IMG/VR virus record: IMGVR_UViG_3300026085_000093
Location: 32,001 to 96,000 of that record
Source: a virus
Taxonomy: Duplodnaviria > Caudoviricetes
Strand: one strand, 5' to 3'
DNA length: 64,000 nucleotides
Shown here piece by piece: positions 55,491 through 64,000 of this stretch. A program made the position numbers and the translations under genes. The notes under the pieces are model-generated. The model ran no database searches and had not been told where the DNA came from. It worked only from the letters and a program-made list of their open reading frames with translations. Each line of letters opens with the position of its first letter. Positions within the stretch are counted from its first letter, which is position 1.

Positions 55491-56892
55491 TAAATATATC
55501 TTTCATTTCAGGAAATGTTTCTGCAAATGTTATGCCACGTTGCTTGTCACATAAGTCTAAAAATTCTTTCATTTCAGGCAAACGTCTGCTCCAATCTTCT
55601 GATTCCATAAAGCTAAGAATACCATTAAGACGTTTTATTCCATATTCTGCACTACGAAATTGTTCGTATGTAACTTTACCTTTGTGCCAACTAGGAATAC
55701 CAAGTTCCCAATTTTGCTCCCACCAAGGATACCATGCTTCATACTTGCGTCTCGTTTCTTCTTTGAACCATTTGGGCAATACTTTTACGTTTAGATGCGC
55801 AGGCCAATAAACAAAGTGCTGACTAATACCACCTGCGCCGAAGGGCCACATGTTTATCTTTTTAAAACCTTGTTCTAATTTCCATTGAATAAAGTCTGGA
55901 AGATAATATACATTAAGTGCTTGTACTGCACATGCAATAGTAACTTCTACATTATCACTAGTTTGTGTATCTAAAATATGAAACACTTCTTCTTGACGTT
56001 TCCATTCGCTTGGATAACGAATGTAACTATTCATTTCTTTAATACTATCTATCGAATAGTGAAAACGCACAAGTTTGAATTCTCGCCATAAATCAAATAA
56101 ATCCTCTCTCCATTCAACTCCATTTGAGTTGTAACGTAGTTCAAGATCTTTTGCATAGCCCATTTTAATTGCATGTTCAAGTATTTCATAATGTTCCTCA
56201 ATAATAAGACTCTCGCCGCCAGCAAAATAAATCTGCTGCATACTTGGCATTTGTTCATAGAATTGTTCCCAGAACACAGGATTTTGTTTGTGCCAGTTGT
56301 AACTACTTCCGTTTGTACTACCTTTGTTTTCCCATTGCATAATTTCTTTGAGAGACTCATTTTTAACAGCAGGAAAAATTGCTTTCCAATCTTTAATCCA
56401 TCCTGAACTATCATGCGGTGAACACATTACACATGCAAGTTGGCATTTTGTTCCAAAACGTAAATCAATATATGCTAAGTTTGGAGGAACACTGCCGTCT
56501 TCATTTGTTTCTTGTAGAATTTTATCTACATCAACACGCTGACTCCAGTAGTCTGTTTCCCACATACGTTTACTACGATGACCTGCTGCTTCTTCCTTAA
56601 AACATTTTAAACAACTAGGTGGTTTTTCACCAGCAAGCATTTGCTTGCGTACATTCTTCATGTATGTGCTGTTCCAAGCACTTTGAAAGTCACTTACATT
56701 TAAATTGTTAGGTCGTCCTTCTTCATCTTTGAGAATACCTACTTGTCCGCCATGTTCTTTATCATTTGTTGCACCAACTGAACTTGCATTTGCTGTGCAA
56801 CATACCCGCATACTACCGTCTGGCCTTGTGCTTAAATGCACCCAAGGTAATAAACAAAATGTGTCGCTAATCTTTGTGTGTTTTGTATCCAT
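55483..56892 (-). CDS. Radical SAM protein with N-terminal SPASM/twitch-like domain
   Basis: FCLLPW.H...RVCC...CLKC; CQLACVMC, AGGE, NSNG, SID. Confidence 0.92.
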   Translation of the reverse strand: MDTKHTKISDTFCLLPWVHLSTRPDGSMRVCCTANASSVGATNDKEHGGQVGILKDEEGRPNNLNVSDFQSAWNSTYMKNVRKQMLAGEKPPSCLKCFKEEAAGHRSKRMWETDYWSQRVDVDKILQETNEDGSVPPNLAYIDLRFGTKCQLACVMCSPHDSSGWIKDWKAIFPAVKNESLKEIMQWENKGSTNGSSYNWHKQNPVFWEQFYEQMPSMQQIYFAGGESLIIEEHYEILEHAIKMGYAKDLELRYNSNGVEWREDLFDLWREFKLVRFHYSIDSIKEMNSYIRYPSEWKRQEEVFHILDTQTSDNVEVTIACAVQALNVYYLPDFIQWKLEQGFKKINMWPFGAGGISQHFVYWPAHLNVKVLPKWFKEETRRKYEAWYPWWEQNWELGIPSWHKGKVTYEQFRSAEYGIKRLNGILSFMESEDWSRRLPEMKEFLDLCDKQRGITFAETFPEMKDIFNE

Positions 56893-57145
56893 TGTTTATC
56901 GCTTTACAAAATTTTTTGCATATAGGATCAGGATTTGTTTCCCAACCTTCAGTATTAAAATGCTTACTGAATGCTTCACTATCTATTATAGCATCTAATC
57001 CATTTTTTGCAATAGAATTCCAATCTTTATTTAAACTTTTTATGTAAGGAGACATGTCAGGTTCAGTCAGTGTCCAGCAACATGGCCAGGCATGTCCGTC
57101 GGTATCTATAATAATGCCTTTTGTCCTACATTTAATTTTTGTCAT
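56867..57145 (-). CDS. Stand-alone SPASM/twitch-like domain
   Basis: KC...DG.AWPCCW...PICKKFC; no radical SAM core. Confidence 0.75.
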   Translation of the reverse strand: MTKIKCRTKGIIIDTDGHAWPCCWTLTEPDMSPYIKSLNKDWNSIAKNGLDAIIDSEAFSKHFNTEGWETNPDPICKKFCKAINNGYKTHKD

Positions 57146-57791
57146 ACCATTTCCATTCCCCTACTTGATCTGCCCAAGCAAAGACTTGTTCTTTCATTTC
57201 TTTATCTACAATTTTATAATCCCAATCTCTAGTGTTTAATTTTATGTCCATTTCTAATTTATTTTTTCTTGCTAATTCAATAGCTTTAGGTACACTTTCA
57301 TAATTAAACGTAAAAACTAAAAAGTCCCAACATACTACTGCACCCGATTTATTTGCAGCAATCATATGCTCCCATGCTCTGTCAAAATCTACATCAATTC
57401 TATATTTACTACTCTGTTCTGCTGTTATACCATCTATACCAAAATTTAAACGTAGTTGATCTTTCCAACGTTTTGCTATACTTACATACCAATCCTTCTG
57501 TCTTAGGCCGCCGTTTGTTGCTACTTGAACTTCTCTACCTGAAGCACATCCGTAATCTATCATTTCCTCTATATCAGGATGCATTAATGGATCGCCGTAG
57601 TCTCCGCAAAAATAAATTACCTTAACACCACTCGGTGTAGTGTCTATCATCTTCTTATAAGTTTCTAAGGGAAAATGTCTATATACTAATTTGCCCTCTG
57701 CATCTAACTCTGTTCTTGGACATAAAGGACATTTTGCTTGGCAGTAAGTTGTAGGACTAAATTCTAATGTTTCAAACTTTCTGTAATCCAC
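57132..57791 (-). CDS. Radical SAM core without an auxiliary domain
   Basis: CQAKCPLC, GDYGDP, TNGG, GIDG; paralogs continue into a SPASM domain at the point where this ORF stops. Confidence 0.85.
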   Translation of the reverse strand: MDYRKFETLEFSPTTYCQAKCPLCPRTELDAEGKLVYRHFPLETYKKMIDTTPSGVKVIYFCGDYGDPLMHPDIEEMIDYGCASGREVQVATNGGLRQKDWYVSIAKRWKDQLRLNFGIDGITAEQSSKYRIDVDFDRAWEHMIAANKSGAVVCWDFLVFTFNYESVPKAIELARKNKLEMDIKLNTRDWDYKIVDKEMKEQVFAWADQVGEWKWYDKN

Positions 57792-59116
57792 TAAACATAT
57801 TCCTCTAATTCAGGAAAATAATCTAACATTTTTTTATTGTTAATACGTTCACAGAGTTTAATATATTTTGTAGATCTTTCAGATAATTTTTCTTGACCGT
57901 TAAAATTATTTTTCATATAATTTAAACAATCATTTGTAAAGTATTCCCACCTGTCAATAAAATCTTTATTATTTGTCGACAGTTTTACTTTTTCAATACT
58001 GTCTTGCATTTCGTCTATACATCTTTGTCTAATAGAATCTGGTAATTCTAAACTAGATACAGGATTATCTAGTACTAGACTAGTATGAAACAATAAATCA
58101 TACTCTAACCAATTGTTTAAAATATCAGTCCAACGTAAAGCACTAAACATATTAAATGTTACAGTACCTTTTAGAATAATATTATTTAGATTGAAATTTT
58201 TTATTCTACGTAAGTTATTTTTTACAAGTTCAATATCTCCACGCATTCTAAAAAAATCATATGTATCAAACGATGCATCTATACTACAAACAATTTCTAC
58301 TTCTTTAAATTGCATCCAGTATTTTAAATATTTTGATATATCTTTGACGTTTAAATTTGTATTGTATACTAATTTTTGATCTTGCGGATTTTTACTTGTC
58401 ATATATTCTAGCCAGTCTATATGTTCTGGAGTGAGTAGAGGTTCGCCGCCTGTAAAATGAATCATAGACGCAGATGCAAGTAATTCTTTTATATCCTCTT
58501 TATAACTACTTTCGCTATTAAGAGCAACTTTAAATAATTTAGAAATATTTTTATGTGTAACAGGTTCGTATAAATCATCTACTTCTTTACCAACATCATA
58601 TGATGTTTCTTCATATATGTCAAAGGTTTCTTTATCAGTTAAACTTGTTACCCATAATGTACTACTATTCGGACCGCAATGCATACACTGTAAATTACAC
58701 AAGTTGCTAGGTCTTATTTCTATTCTTTCAAGATCAGTAAGTCTAGATTCGACTGGATTATTTTTAATAAAATCTATTAGGGCGTCTTTATCTTCAACTT
58801 GTCTTTCAAAATCACCAAAGAAATCCATTCTAGGAGATTTACTATTAGAGTCTTCTGCATTCCAACAACTTACACAATTTTTATTTCTTTCTCCGCAATA
58901 AAGATCATTTCTAATATCTTTATAGTCATCATTGTTAAAAAGTTGTGTAAAAGGTTGCTTCTTCCAATTACCTACACGTTCTCTACCTCTGTAACAAGTA
59001 TACACAGAACCAGACTGATCTAAGTCAGCATTTATATAAGGTGCAAAGCAAAAAGTATCAGGATTTAATCCTAATCTTTCTAATTCGCTTCGCATATCTT
59101 CGAGTGTTTTTATCAT
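57791..59116 (-). CDS. Radical SAM protein with N-terminal SPASM/twitch-like domain
   Basis: FCFAPY...YTC...CVSC; CNLQCMHC, TGGEP, NTN, SID. Confidence 0.9.
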   Translation of the reverse strand: MIKTLEDMRSELERLGLNPDTFCFAPYINADLDQSGSVYTCYRGRERVGNWKKQPFTQLFNNDDYKDIRNDLYCGERNKNCVSCWNAEDSNSKSPRMDFFGDFERQVEDKDALIDFIKNNPVESRLTDLERIEIRPSNLCNLQCMHCGPNSSTLWVTSLTDKETFDIYEETSYDVGKEVDDLYEPVTHKNISKLFKVALNSESSYKEDIKELLASASMIHFTGGEPLLTPEHIDWLEYMTSKNPQDQKLVYNTNLNVKDISKYLKYWMQFKEVEIVCSIDASFDTYDFFRMRGDIELVKNNLRRIKNFNLNNIILKGTVTFNMFSALRWTDILNNWLEYDLLFHTSLVLDNPVSSLELPDSIRQRCIDEMQDSIEKVKLSTNNKDFIDRWEYFTNDCLNYMKNNFNGQEKLSERSTKYIKLCERINNKKMLDYFPELEEYV

Positions 59117-60111
59117 ACGTCTTCGTATTCCATAGGATTGTGTTTTTCTAATATTTCTTCTGCTTTACAAAACAAAGGATCAGAATCATCTTTTCTAAAA
59201 ACCATATTATCATATCTTTCTGCATCCTTTTCTTTGATTACTATATATTCATCATGTTCAGGACTTAAAGGATTATCAGGAAAACACCCAGAAGGAATAA
59301 CAACAGGATCATATCCTCTTTCAATAAGATGGTATAGCAGCCTTTGTTTTTGTTCTTCATCTTTCCATTTTGTATGAAAAATATTTTCACAGTCTTTTGA
59401 AGCAAGCCATGCTTCTGTAAGATTGCCCATTCGCATACTCATTTTAATATAAGTCTTATCACTGTGCTTAATTGTATTATCAATAACAAATGCTAATTTA
59501 CTTTTACTTGGTCGTAACACACTTCTATGTCTGCGTTTAGCAAATCTAAATAATATAGATCTTTTGGTATCAACAATGTCATCTACACAATGCCAACTGT
59601 AATTAGTAGCAGGTATAGCATAAAAGAAGTTAGGTTTCTGAGGTACTTGACTGTGCATTTCTCCATGTTTGTCTACTGTCCATGCACCTTGATTACCGTA
59701 ATCAAAATAAATTTGACAAGTTACTAACCACCTAAAGTCTTTTAAATCATTGTGTGTTTCTATAAAACTACCGTCAAGGTCGTGATGATAATTTACATAA
59801 AAACTATCATGATCAAAATCTTTACCATAAATTACTTTTTTTAGTTTAGGCAATTCATCAAGTATAGTGTCAAATGCAGGATAAAATTGTTCTTGTTTTC
59901 CTTCATCAATACCGTCTTCATAATCTGCAATTTCTAATGGTAAAACATAATTATTTTCAGAAATACCTTTTGCTTCATGAGTGCCTTCGAGTTTTGCATA
60001 TTGATAAATTTTATCGTAAGGATACGTTTTATCTAGGTAAGAAAATGTCGCATCATTAAAAAACTTTTCTTTTGTGTAGTATGTAAACGGATCTGAATGT
60101 ATCTCTATCAT
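59113..60111 (-). CDS. 2OG-Fe(II) oxygenase (prolyl-hydroxylase-like) with an extra C-terminal domain
   Basis: ETHND (HxD), SWHCV, R.S. Confidence 0.72.
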   Translation of the reverse strand: MIEIHSDPFTYYTKEKFFNDATFSYLDKTYPYDKIYQYAKLEGTHEAKGISENNYVLPLEIADYEDGIDEGKQEQFYPAFDTILDELPKLKKVIYGKDFDHDSFYVNYHHDLDGSFIETHNDLKDFRWLVTCQIYFDYGNQGAWTVDKHGEMHSQVPQKPNFFYAIPATNYSWHCVDDIVDTKRSILFRFAKRRHRSVLRPSKSKLAFVIDNTIKHSDKTYIKMSMRMGNLTEAWLASKDCENIFHTKWKDEEQKQRLLYHLIERGYDPVVIPSGCFPDNPLSPEHDEYIVIKEKDAERYDNMVFRKDDSDPLFCKAEEILEKHNPMEYEDV

Positions 60112-60833
60112 ATTTTATCCTTCAATCTATCTAGTATTATATCAGAAAAAGCATCATGTGCTTCCTCAAGTGGATGCCCGCCGTAACCTATAGCATAATT
60201 GTTACGTTTAGCCCAATCTTCTAAACTATCGGTTTTTGGATCTAACAACCAAACTTTGTCACTCCAATCAATTTTATTATATATAGGACAACTATTTCTT
60301 AAATAGGAAAGATTATCAGGAAATATATCTAGATGTAGTTCTTTTAGTCCGTTTACCATAAAATAAGGTATATCTGCCAATCTTAAGGCTGTTTGAATTT
60401 GGTGTACTTGATATAAAAATTCTATACAGTTTGCCCTATAAGTTCTAACTAACACTGCATATTTTTTAAGTGCTAGATTTGTTTTACTATACTGGTTTGC
60501 ATGAAACATTCTCCATATAGTCCTATCATGATGTTTATCAATAGGTCCTAATTTTTGTAAAGTAACTTTTCTATATCCATCGGTTGTCTCTAAACTATCT
60601 TGTACAAAATGTTCAAATCTTGTAGGAGACGTCCATTGTATAACTGCTGCTTTAATATTTTCATCTAAATTTGCAAATGTAGTTCTTATAATCCTATGAT
60701 TACTGCCGCCGGGTGTTCCTAAATTTTTAAAATCTTGATTTAATTTTTTTCCTGCAAGTGCAGCAAAACATGTATTTTTAGGATCTCCTAATTCATCGCC
60801 GTATGTAAAACTGCATCCATTAAATAATATCAT
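60108..60833 (-). CDS. SGNH/GDSL-like hydrolase or acyltransferase
   Basis: NGCSFTYG, GGSN, GGHP; paralog of 16563-17201. Confidence 0.6.
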   Translation of the reverse strand: MILFNGCSFTYGDELGDPKNTCFAALAGKKLNQDFKNLGTPGGSNHRIIRTTFANLDENIKAAVIQWTSPTRFEHFVQDSLETTDGYRKVTLQKLGPIDKHHDRTIWRMFHANQYSKTNLALKKYAVLVRTYRANCIEFLYQVHQIQTALRLADIPYFMVNGLKELHLDIFPDNLSYLRNSCPIYNKIDWSDKVWLLDPKTDSLEDWAKRNNYAIGYGGHPLEEAHDAFSDIILDRLKDKI

Positions 60834-61897
60834 TTAAATTGCTCCGCAAATGGATCAAATTCTGCACCGCACTTCATAGCACAAACTTTTAATTTACCTG
60901 CAAAACAACTTGGCTTATCCCAACTATCTTGTATAGCGTCAAATATACCCGTTTCAAAAACTTTTTCTAATCCATTACGTGCATCTAGTTTAGTTTTATC
61001 TTCAATAAAATCCCATATCTGTTCTACCTTAGGATCTTTATGCCACCACTTGTACATACGTCCAGCAGTCCAACAACAAGGCAATGCTAATCCTTCTGCT
61101 GTTATAAACAGACTGTTTTCTTTTTTTACTTTACATATAACAGGAACAGCATTGTAGTATGCATCCATACTGCCATATTTTTCTATAATTTTATCCTGTT
61201 TAGTTAAAGCTTTGTTTTGATACTTTTCATCGGGCTTTTTTAGTTCAGTAGTTTCTTTGCCTTTACGATCAACTGCTTGGTGCGATTCTTTCTTTTTAGA
61301 ATCTTGTGTAATAAACCTGCCAGTTTTCTTTTTCATAAACTTTTCACACCCCCAAACATTAGCAAGTTTTTCTGCTTCTTCTACTTGATGTTGATTGTGT
61401 TCAAAAATAAGGAAATCCCAACGTGCTCTGCCACCAGCATCGATAAATGCTCGCATGTTGCGTTCTACATTGTCCCAGACAACACCCTGCCTGTATAAGT
61501 GATTAGTATCCCTAAGACCGTCCACGCTAAAAATAACAGTGCCCATTCTACCAAAGACTTGGGCCAATTCACGCCACCACGTTTCACTTTTTGCTCCTCC
61601 GTTTGTATTCATGCTTAACCACATATTAGGGTTATGCTTTCTAAAATATTTGAATATTTCAAGTGTATCTCGTGCAACAATAGGATCTCCTAAATTACCA
61701 CACATGTACATTGTGTCCAATTGTTTTATAAAGGAAGCATTAAATATCTTTACGCAATCTTCATAGTACAATTCATCAAGGTTAATATGAGGATTTATTC
61801 CTTCACCATTCATATTTCGATCACACATTGGACAACTGGCTTGACAGTTCTGTGTAACTTCTAAATGAATAGTTTTAATATCTTCATAATTATACAT
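60830..61897 (-). CDS. Radical SAM protein with C-terminal SPASM/twitch-like domain
   Basis: CQASCPMC, GNLGDP, TNGG, SVDG, LPCCW, VCAMKC. Confidence 0.92.
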   Translation of the reverse strand: MYNYEDIKTIHLEVTQNCQASCPMCDRNMNGEGINPHINLDELYYEDCVKIFNASFIKQLDTMYMCGNLGDPIVARDTLEIFKYFRKHNPNMWLSMNTNGGAKSETWWRELAQVFGRMGTVIFSVDGLRDTNHLYRQGVVWDNVERNMRAFIDAGGRARWDFLIFEHNQHQVEEAEKLANVWGCEKFMKKKTGRFITQDSKKKESHQAVDRKGKETTELKKPDEKYQNKALTKQDKIIEKYGSMDAYYNAVPVICKVKKENSLFITAEGLALPCCWTAGRMYKWWHKDPKVEQIWDFIEDKTKLDARNGLEKVFETGIFDAIQDSWDKPSCFAGKLKVCAMKCGAEFDPFAEQFK

Positions 61898-62117
61898 TAT
61901 CGTATACTAACTCCACATCCACGCCAGGGCCAACTTTACTAGGTAAATCACCATACTGATCGATATACCAGTGTATGACAGCACAATACCAGTTCCAACT
62001 ATTATGGTGTGCTTCTTTGTTAAACTGCCATATGTTGTTATTGGTTGCTTGCATTGTACTCAGTGCTCTTGCACATTCTAATTGCAACTGTCTAGTTGTA
62101 AACTTACTTAAATCCAA
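61890..62117 (-). CDS. Hypothetical protein (75 aa)
   Basis: Overlap-coupled on both sides. Confidence 0.75.
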   Translation of the reverse strand: MDLSKFTTRQLQLECARALSTMQATNNNIWQFNKEAHHNSWNWYCAVIHWYIDQYGDLPSKVGPGVDVELVYDNV

Positions 62118-63012
62118 TTAACATAAACCTCGTATACTTAGGTAATTCTCGCATACCCATATAACACAATTCACTCATTGGTGCCATTTGTTTAAATTCG
62201 TAAATATCATTTACACAATTTACGTGTTCTTTGATTTCAAAATAGTTGTTGCTTTGTAGCACAATTAATTTACCTTGTGGTATATTTTTATACCATTCTG
62301 CAAAGTTTTCTATATGTTCGCAACTGGTATTGATAATTGTATCTGGCGTATCGTAAAGCATACAGACACTACCGTCACTTCTAGATACAGGATAACTATG
62401 TCCGTCCCATTTAATTTCCATAATATCTTGTGTACACGCCTTAAACTGCCATTCTTCTTTTACCCAAGGCTTATTGAAAACTTCAGCAATATTTGCACAA
62501 GTAGGATCAATGTCAAAACTACGAATCTTTTCTACATTTACTTTACTCTCAAATAACATTGTAGCAAGTGTAGCATACCACCCTGCACATAAAAATACTG
62601 TGCCTAAATCAATTTTTTGTCTTTGTAATTCTTGTACTAACCAAAGTTTACTTTCAAGTTGTCCTCTACTAAAACAATCTGTGTCGTATTCAATATTGTT
62701 TATTTGTAGATTTTTAAACGCATCGATAAATCTTGTATCTTTAAATCTTTTCAATACTGGCCAAAGTTTATATGTATTGTTTTCTAATAATAACTTACGC
62801 AATTCTTCATCTTCGGCAAGTCTAAACAAACTATGTAAATTATTTTCCATCATTACTTTACGCAAATCATCTGTACTTCCACGTATGACAGTAGGAAGTA
62901 ATCTAAAGATACTACTCATATCTCTATCAATATATGCTCTACGCAAATCACTTAATCTAGTATCTCTAGGATACATCAATTCAAATCTATCAAGTAATTC
63001 ATGTGTCTGCAT
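62104..63012 (-). CDS. Rossmann-fold methyltransferase-like protein
   Basis: FLCAGWYA.L, RSFDID, INTSCEH. Confidence 0.6.
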   Translation of the reverse strand: MQTHELLDRFELMYPRDTRLSDLRRAYIDRDMSSIFRLLPTVIRGSTDDLRKVMMENNLHSLFRLAEDEELRKLLLENNTYKLWPVLKRFKDTRFIDAFKNLQINNIEYDTDCFSRGQLESKLWLVQELQRQKIDLGTVFLCAGWYATLATMLFESKVNVEKIRSFDIDPTCANIAEVFNKPWVKEEWQFKACTQDIMEIKWDGHSYPVSRSDGSVCMLYDTPDTIINTSCEHIENFAEWYKNIPQGKLIVLQSNNYFEIKEHVNCVNDIYEFKQMAPMSELCYMGMRELPKYTRFMLIGFK

Positions 63013-64000
63013 TAAACTTATCCTTTAGCCAATCAAAGTCATTAATAAGTTTTAATGCAGCAACGTTAGTTGCATTTTCTTTACCATATGCTGCTCCTGC
63101 TTTTGCACCTGCAATAGCATATTCGCCATACGGTTTGTCTACACCTTTTGTACACCAAATATCTAAACGTTCTTGTGTTTCTAAATCTTTTTGTCTATCA
63201 ATAACACCCGATGAAAGTTTACAACATTCTCTAAATGCTGATTTCCATGTTTCAAACGGTCCTGTGTTAAAACAAGTTAAATTTGATATTTGTTGTACAG
63301 CCTTAAATTTGTTTGTAATGCTTGTTGTCATGTCAGGCTTACTTGTATCCATATTAATAGTCAACATTCTCGGAAACAGTTTTAGTCCACCGTAGCCATA
63401 TACTAGATCATTAATTGGGTTTTGTGTACGCCATACATGCACCATATCTCTGTCCCAACGTGGAACACGATATTCAAAACTAAAATCATCTACAATTTGT
63501 GCATCACCATCAACAATCCAAAACATTTCAGTTTCGCAAAGTTTTGCTGCTTCAATGTGTGCTTGGTGAATGCCCTTTACTCCATGTACACGTTTTGCAT
63601 TTGGTACACGTTCTAGCAGTAGTTCATAATTTTCGTCTGCATTAGGTTCTTGATATGAAATAAACACAACATCATAAATTTTGTATTCGCTTGCAATAAT
63701 ATTCCAAGGCTTGTGGTTAACAACAAATCTGTGTTCAATTTCCTTTTTGGTAATAGGAGATTGTTTAGACAACAAAAACAATCCATTGTAACCTGTTTCA
63801 GAGCCATCTTTGTGTACAAATGCATGGTTTTGTTTTCTATCATATGTATTTGAATGATCAAAATACACATTAAATTTAAACTTGCTTGTATCAATATTAG
63901 GATCATCTGCATAAAACAATTCAGTTTTACTCATCTTAACTGCACGTAAATAATCTTCCCAAGATTCAACATTAAATCTATCGTATTGTGCAGGTCCACT
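62999..64000 (-). CDS. GT-A (GT2-like) glycosyltransferase-domain protein, 5'-truncated by the window edge
   Basis: Frame is open from 64000 to the stop at 62999; VFISYQEP.A..N, GI..AH, WIVDGD (DxD), YG.GG.KLF. Confidence 0.7.
   Translation of the reverse strand, partial: SGPAQYDRFNVESWEDYLRAVKMSKTELFYADDPNIDTSKFKFNVYFDHSNTYDRKQNHAFVHKDGSETGYNGLFLLSKQSPITKKEIEHRFVVNHKPWNIIASEYKIYDVVFISYQEPNADENYELLLERVPNAKRVHGVKGIHQAHIEAAKLCETEMFWIVDGDAQIVDDFSFEYRVPRWDRDMVHVWRTQNPINDLVYGYGGLKLFPRMLTINMDTSKPDMTTSITNKFKAVQQISNLTCFNTGPFETWKSAFRECCKLSSGVIDRQKDLETQERLDIWCTKGVDKPYGEYAIAGAKAGAAYGKENATNVAALKLINDFDWLKDKFNADT

Noticed and set aside
61890-62117. Small ORF as the RiPP precursor for the rSAM array
   Set aside because: No leader/core bipartition or repeated core motif; it reads like an ordinary small globular protein. 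Kept as a hypothetical CDS.
34651-63395. Plus-strand ORFs of 60-184 aa across the minus-strand array (e.g. 35182-35688, 62474-63028)
   Set aside because: Fully antisense to motif-bearing genes; no RBS or recognisable domains.
1-64000. tRNA, rRNA, CRISPR array, integrase/transposase, intron or intein
   Set aside because: No cloverleaf or regularly spaced repeat-spacer pattern seen; intergenic gaps are nearly all under 110 nt; polB is uninterrupted and of normal length. By-eye only; tRNAscan/Infernal not run.
1-64000. Stop-codon reassignment (seen in some jumbo phages)
   Set aside because: Long genes are intact under code 11, and TAG, TGA and TAA all end genes at expected protein termini (e.g. 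polB TAG 6140-6142).
1-64000. Cellular (bacterial) or NCLDV origin
   Set aside because: T4-like replication set, sigma70 plus late-like promoters, SD sites, a fibre protein and many tiny hypothetical ORFs fit a large bacteriophage; the eukaryote-type PMM alone is not diagnostic.

Overview
Gene-dense, AT-rich segment of a large dsDNA bacteriophage genome (jumbo-type, distantly T4-like; standard genetic code) with two convergent arms. The plus arm (1-33967) carries replication genes (family B DNA polymerase, putative sliding clamp, 5'-3' exonuclease, DsbA/GapR-like DNA-binding protein) and nucleotide-sugar genes. It also carries a 7-deazaguanine DNA-modification cluster (TGT/DpdA-like, QueD-like, FolE, QueE) interleaved with a GT4-like glycosyltransferase and a purine phosphoribosyltransferase. 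Further along are a putative nuclease/ParB/DNA-methyltransferase trio, a MoxR ATPase-VWA pair, an Mtd_N-type fibre protein and an ATP-grasp ligase. The minus arm (33941 to beyond 64000) is a tightly coupled array of about 30 kb of tailoring enzymes: 12 radical SAM genes (16 in the whole window, including QueE), about 7 2OG-Fe(II) oxygenase-like genes, methyltransferases, an amidinotransferase, a PLP enzyme, a QueC-like ATPase and a TctA/TctC transporter. The best leads are (i) a TGT/DpdA-like enzyme translationally coupled to the clamp and sharing the polymerase's C-terminal FNxLFE motif, (ii) the glycosyltransferase/PRTase-extended deazaguanine pathway, (iii) the radical-SAM mega-cluster with N-terminal SPASM-like domains, and (iv) a perfect 15-bp hairpin that hides the fibre gene's RBS and overlaps a late-promoter-like motif. 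All protein assignments are from motif recognition by eye; no database search was run. I found no tRNA, rRNA, CRISPR array or mobile element.
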